From Candidatus Eiseniibacteriota bacterium (GTDB lineage: Bacteria > Eisenbacteria > RBG-16-71-46): 64,000 nt of DNA. The position numbers and the translations under genes are program-made. Location: NCBI GenBank assembly GCA_044223005.1, contig JBGAML010000001.1, positions 192,001-256,000 of the forward strand, read 5' to 3'. This document shows, piece after piece, positions 63,124 to 64,000 of the stretch. The notes beneath the pieces were generated by a model. It searched no databases and was not told where the DNA came from. It saw only the letters and a list, made by a program, of their open reading frames with translations. Position 1 is the stretch's first letter. Each line of letters opens with the position of its first letter.

Positions 63124-63797
63124 ACGAGACCGCCTCGCGCTGGCGGGCCGCGCTCGCGAGTGCGCTCCCGGACTTCGGCCTCGCGGCCGTGTTCCTGCTC
63201 GCGTGGATGGCCCCGGACCGGATCGCGCCGTGGGTGCCGCGCTGGGCGGTGCTCACCATGTTGCTCGAGTTCGTGGTCGTGCACTCGACCGGGTTCATGG
63301 GCGTGATCGCGTTCGGCCGCGACGGCGTCGGCCAGCAGGTCGGCATGCTCCTGCTGCTGAGCCTCGTCTACTCGGCCCTCGTCGCCGGTTTCGCGGCCGG
63401 CTTCCACGAGTGGTGGATGTTCGGCTCGTTCTGGCTGCTCACCGCCAACCGGCTGAGCGGCATCCTCGCCCACCGCGAACCGGGCAACGGCCGCGGCATC
63501 GACGCGTTCGTGATCGGCTGGGCCGCGAGCACGCTCTTCTACCTGCTGGGTGCCGTGCTCACCGCCGCGCTGGCGGTGCCGCGCTTCGGCCTCGCGGACC
63601 CCGCCGTGATCCGCGCCATGCACCTGGAAGGCGGCGGGCTCTGGGTCGAGGAGCCCTGGCGCGTGCTCGCGTTCGGCTCGCTCTACTTCACCGCGGTCGG
63701 GCTGTTCGAGCTCTTCGCCTTCGTGCTCGTGCACCGCAAGGCCGTGGCCCGCCGCGCGCTCCGCGGCTCGCGCGGCGTGATGGGCCCGCCGCGCTGA
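63120..63797 (+). CDS. Hypothetical multi-TM membrane protein
   Basis: GTGA overlap with phrB; ALPD...LEFVVVHS; about 6-7 TM helices. Confidence 0.7.
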   Translation: MNETASRWRAALASALPDFGLAAVFLLAWMAPDRIAPWVPRWAVLTMLLEFVVVHSTGFMGVIAFGRDGVGQQVGMLLLLSLVYSALVAGFAAGFHEWWMFGSFWLLTANRLSGILAHREPGNGRGIDAFVIGWAASTLFYLLGAVLTAALAVPRFGLADPAVIRAMHLEGGGLWVEEPWRVLAFGSLYFTAVGLFELFAFVLVHRKAVARRALRGSRGVMGPPR

Positions 63798-63844
63798 ACG
63801 GCCCGCCCTTGCAGCCGCGGCCGCAACCGGCCGATGACGGAGCC

Positions 63845-64000
63845 ATGAACGCTTCCGATCGCCTGCTCGACGACACCGCCTCGCCGCTGCCGGCGCGGTG
63901 GGCCAACGCGCTCCCCGATCTCGCGCTCGCGGTGGCGTTCGCGGCGACGTGGATCGCGCCGACGCGCTTCGCGCCCGGCTGGGTGCGCTGGGCGCTGCTC
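63845..64000 (+). CDS. Paralog of the preceding membrane protein (partial)
   Basis: ALPDLALAVAFAATWIAP.RFAPGWVRWALL aligns with ALPDFGLAAVFLLAWMAP.RIAPWVPRWAVL. Confidence 0.65.
   Translation, partial: MNASDRLLDDTASPLPARWANALPDLALAVAFAATWIAPTRFAPGWVRWALL

Overview
Very GC-rich (roughly 70%+) bacterial chromosomal segment with about 50 protein-coding genes. I saw no rRNA, tRNA, CRISPR array, transposase or prophage. Many secreted proteins end either in a FlgD/T9SS-CTD-like Ig domain or in a short 'TWGxLKxxYR' tail, which suggests an FCB-related candidate lineage such as Ca. Eisenbacteria (inference). Contents in order: VOC / aldehyde dehydrogenase / double-DinB / 3-hydroxyacyl-CoA dehydrogenase / bioY; a PAS-GGDEF cyclase; atuA; a cassette of histidine kinase, response regulator, TonB receptor and secreted proteins; SPFH + RHH operon; diverged porin and a circularly permuted cupredoxin; HEAT + HD-GYP pair; tricorn protease; SWIM-SNF2 helicase; PAS hybrid kinase; acs; a nucleotidyltransferase / small-ORF pair; a 14-repeat beta-propeller protein; an atypical DtxR-feoA-feoB operon; pfkA; a ~1820-aa surface protein; M1 peptidase; ArnT-like transferase; and an ada-alkA / ogt / photolyase repair cluster. 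Best leads: the permuted cupredoxin, two coexisting C-terminal sorting signals, a DtxR with a rewired metal site and a 4-Cys tail, a recurring sigma28-like promoter before c-di-GMP and signalling genes, and a candidate nucleotidyltransferase toxin-antitoxin pair. All calls come from reading motifs by eye; no database searches were run and start codons are my best choices.
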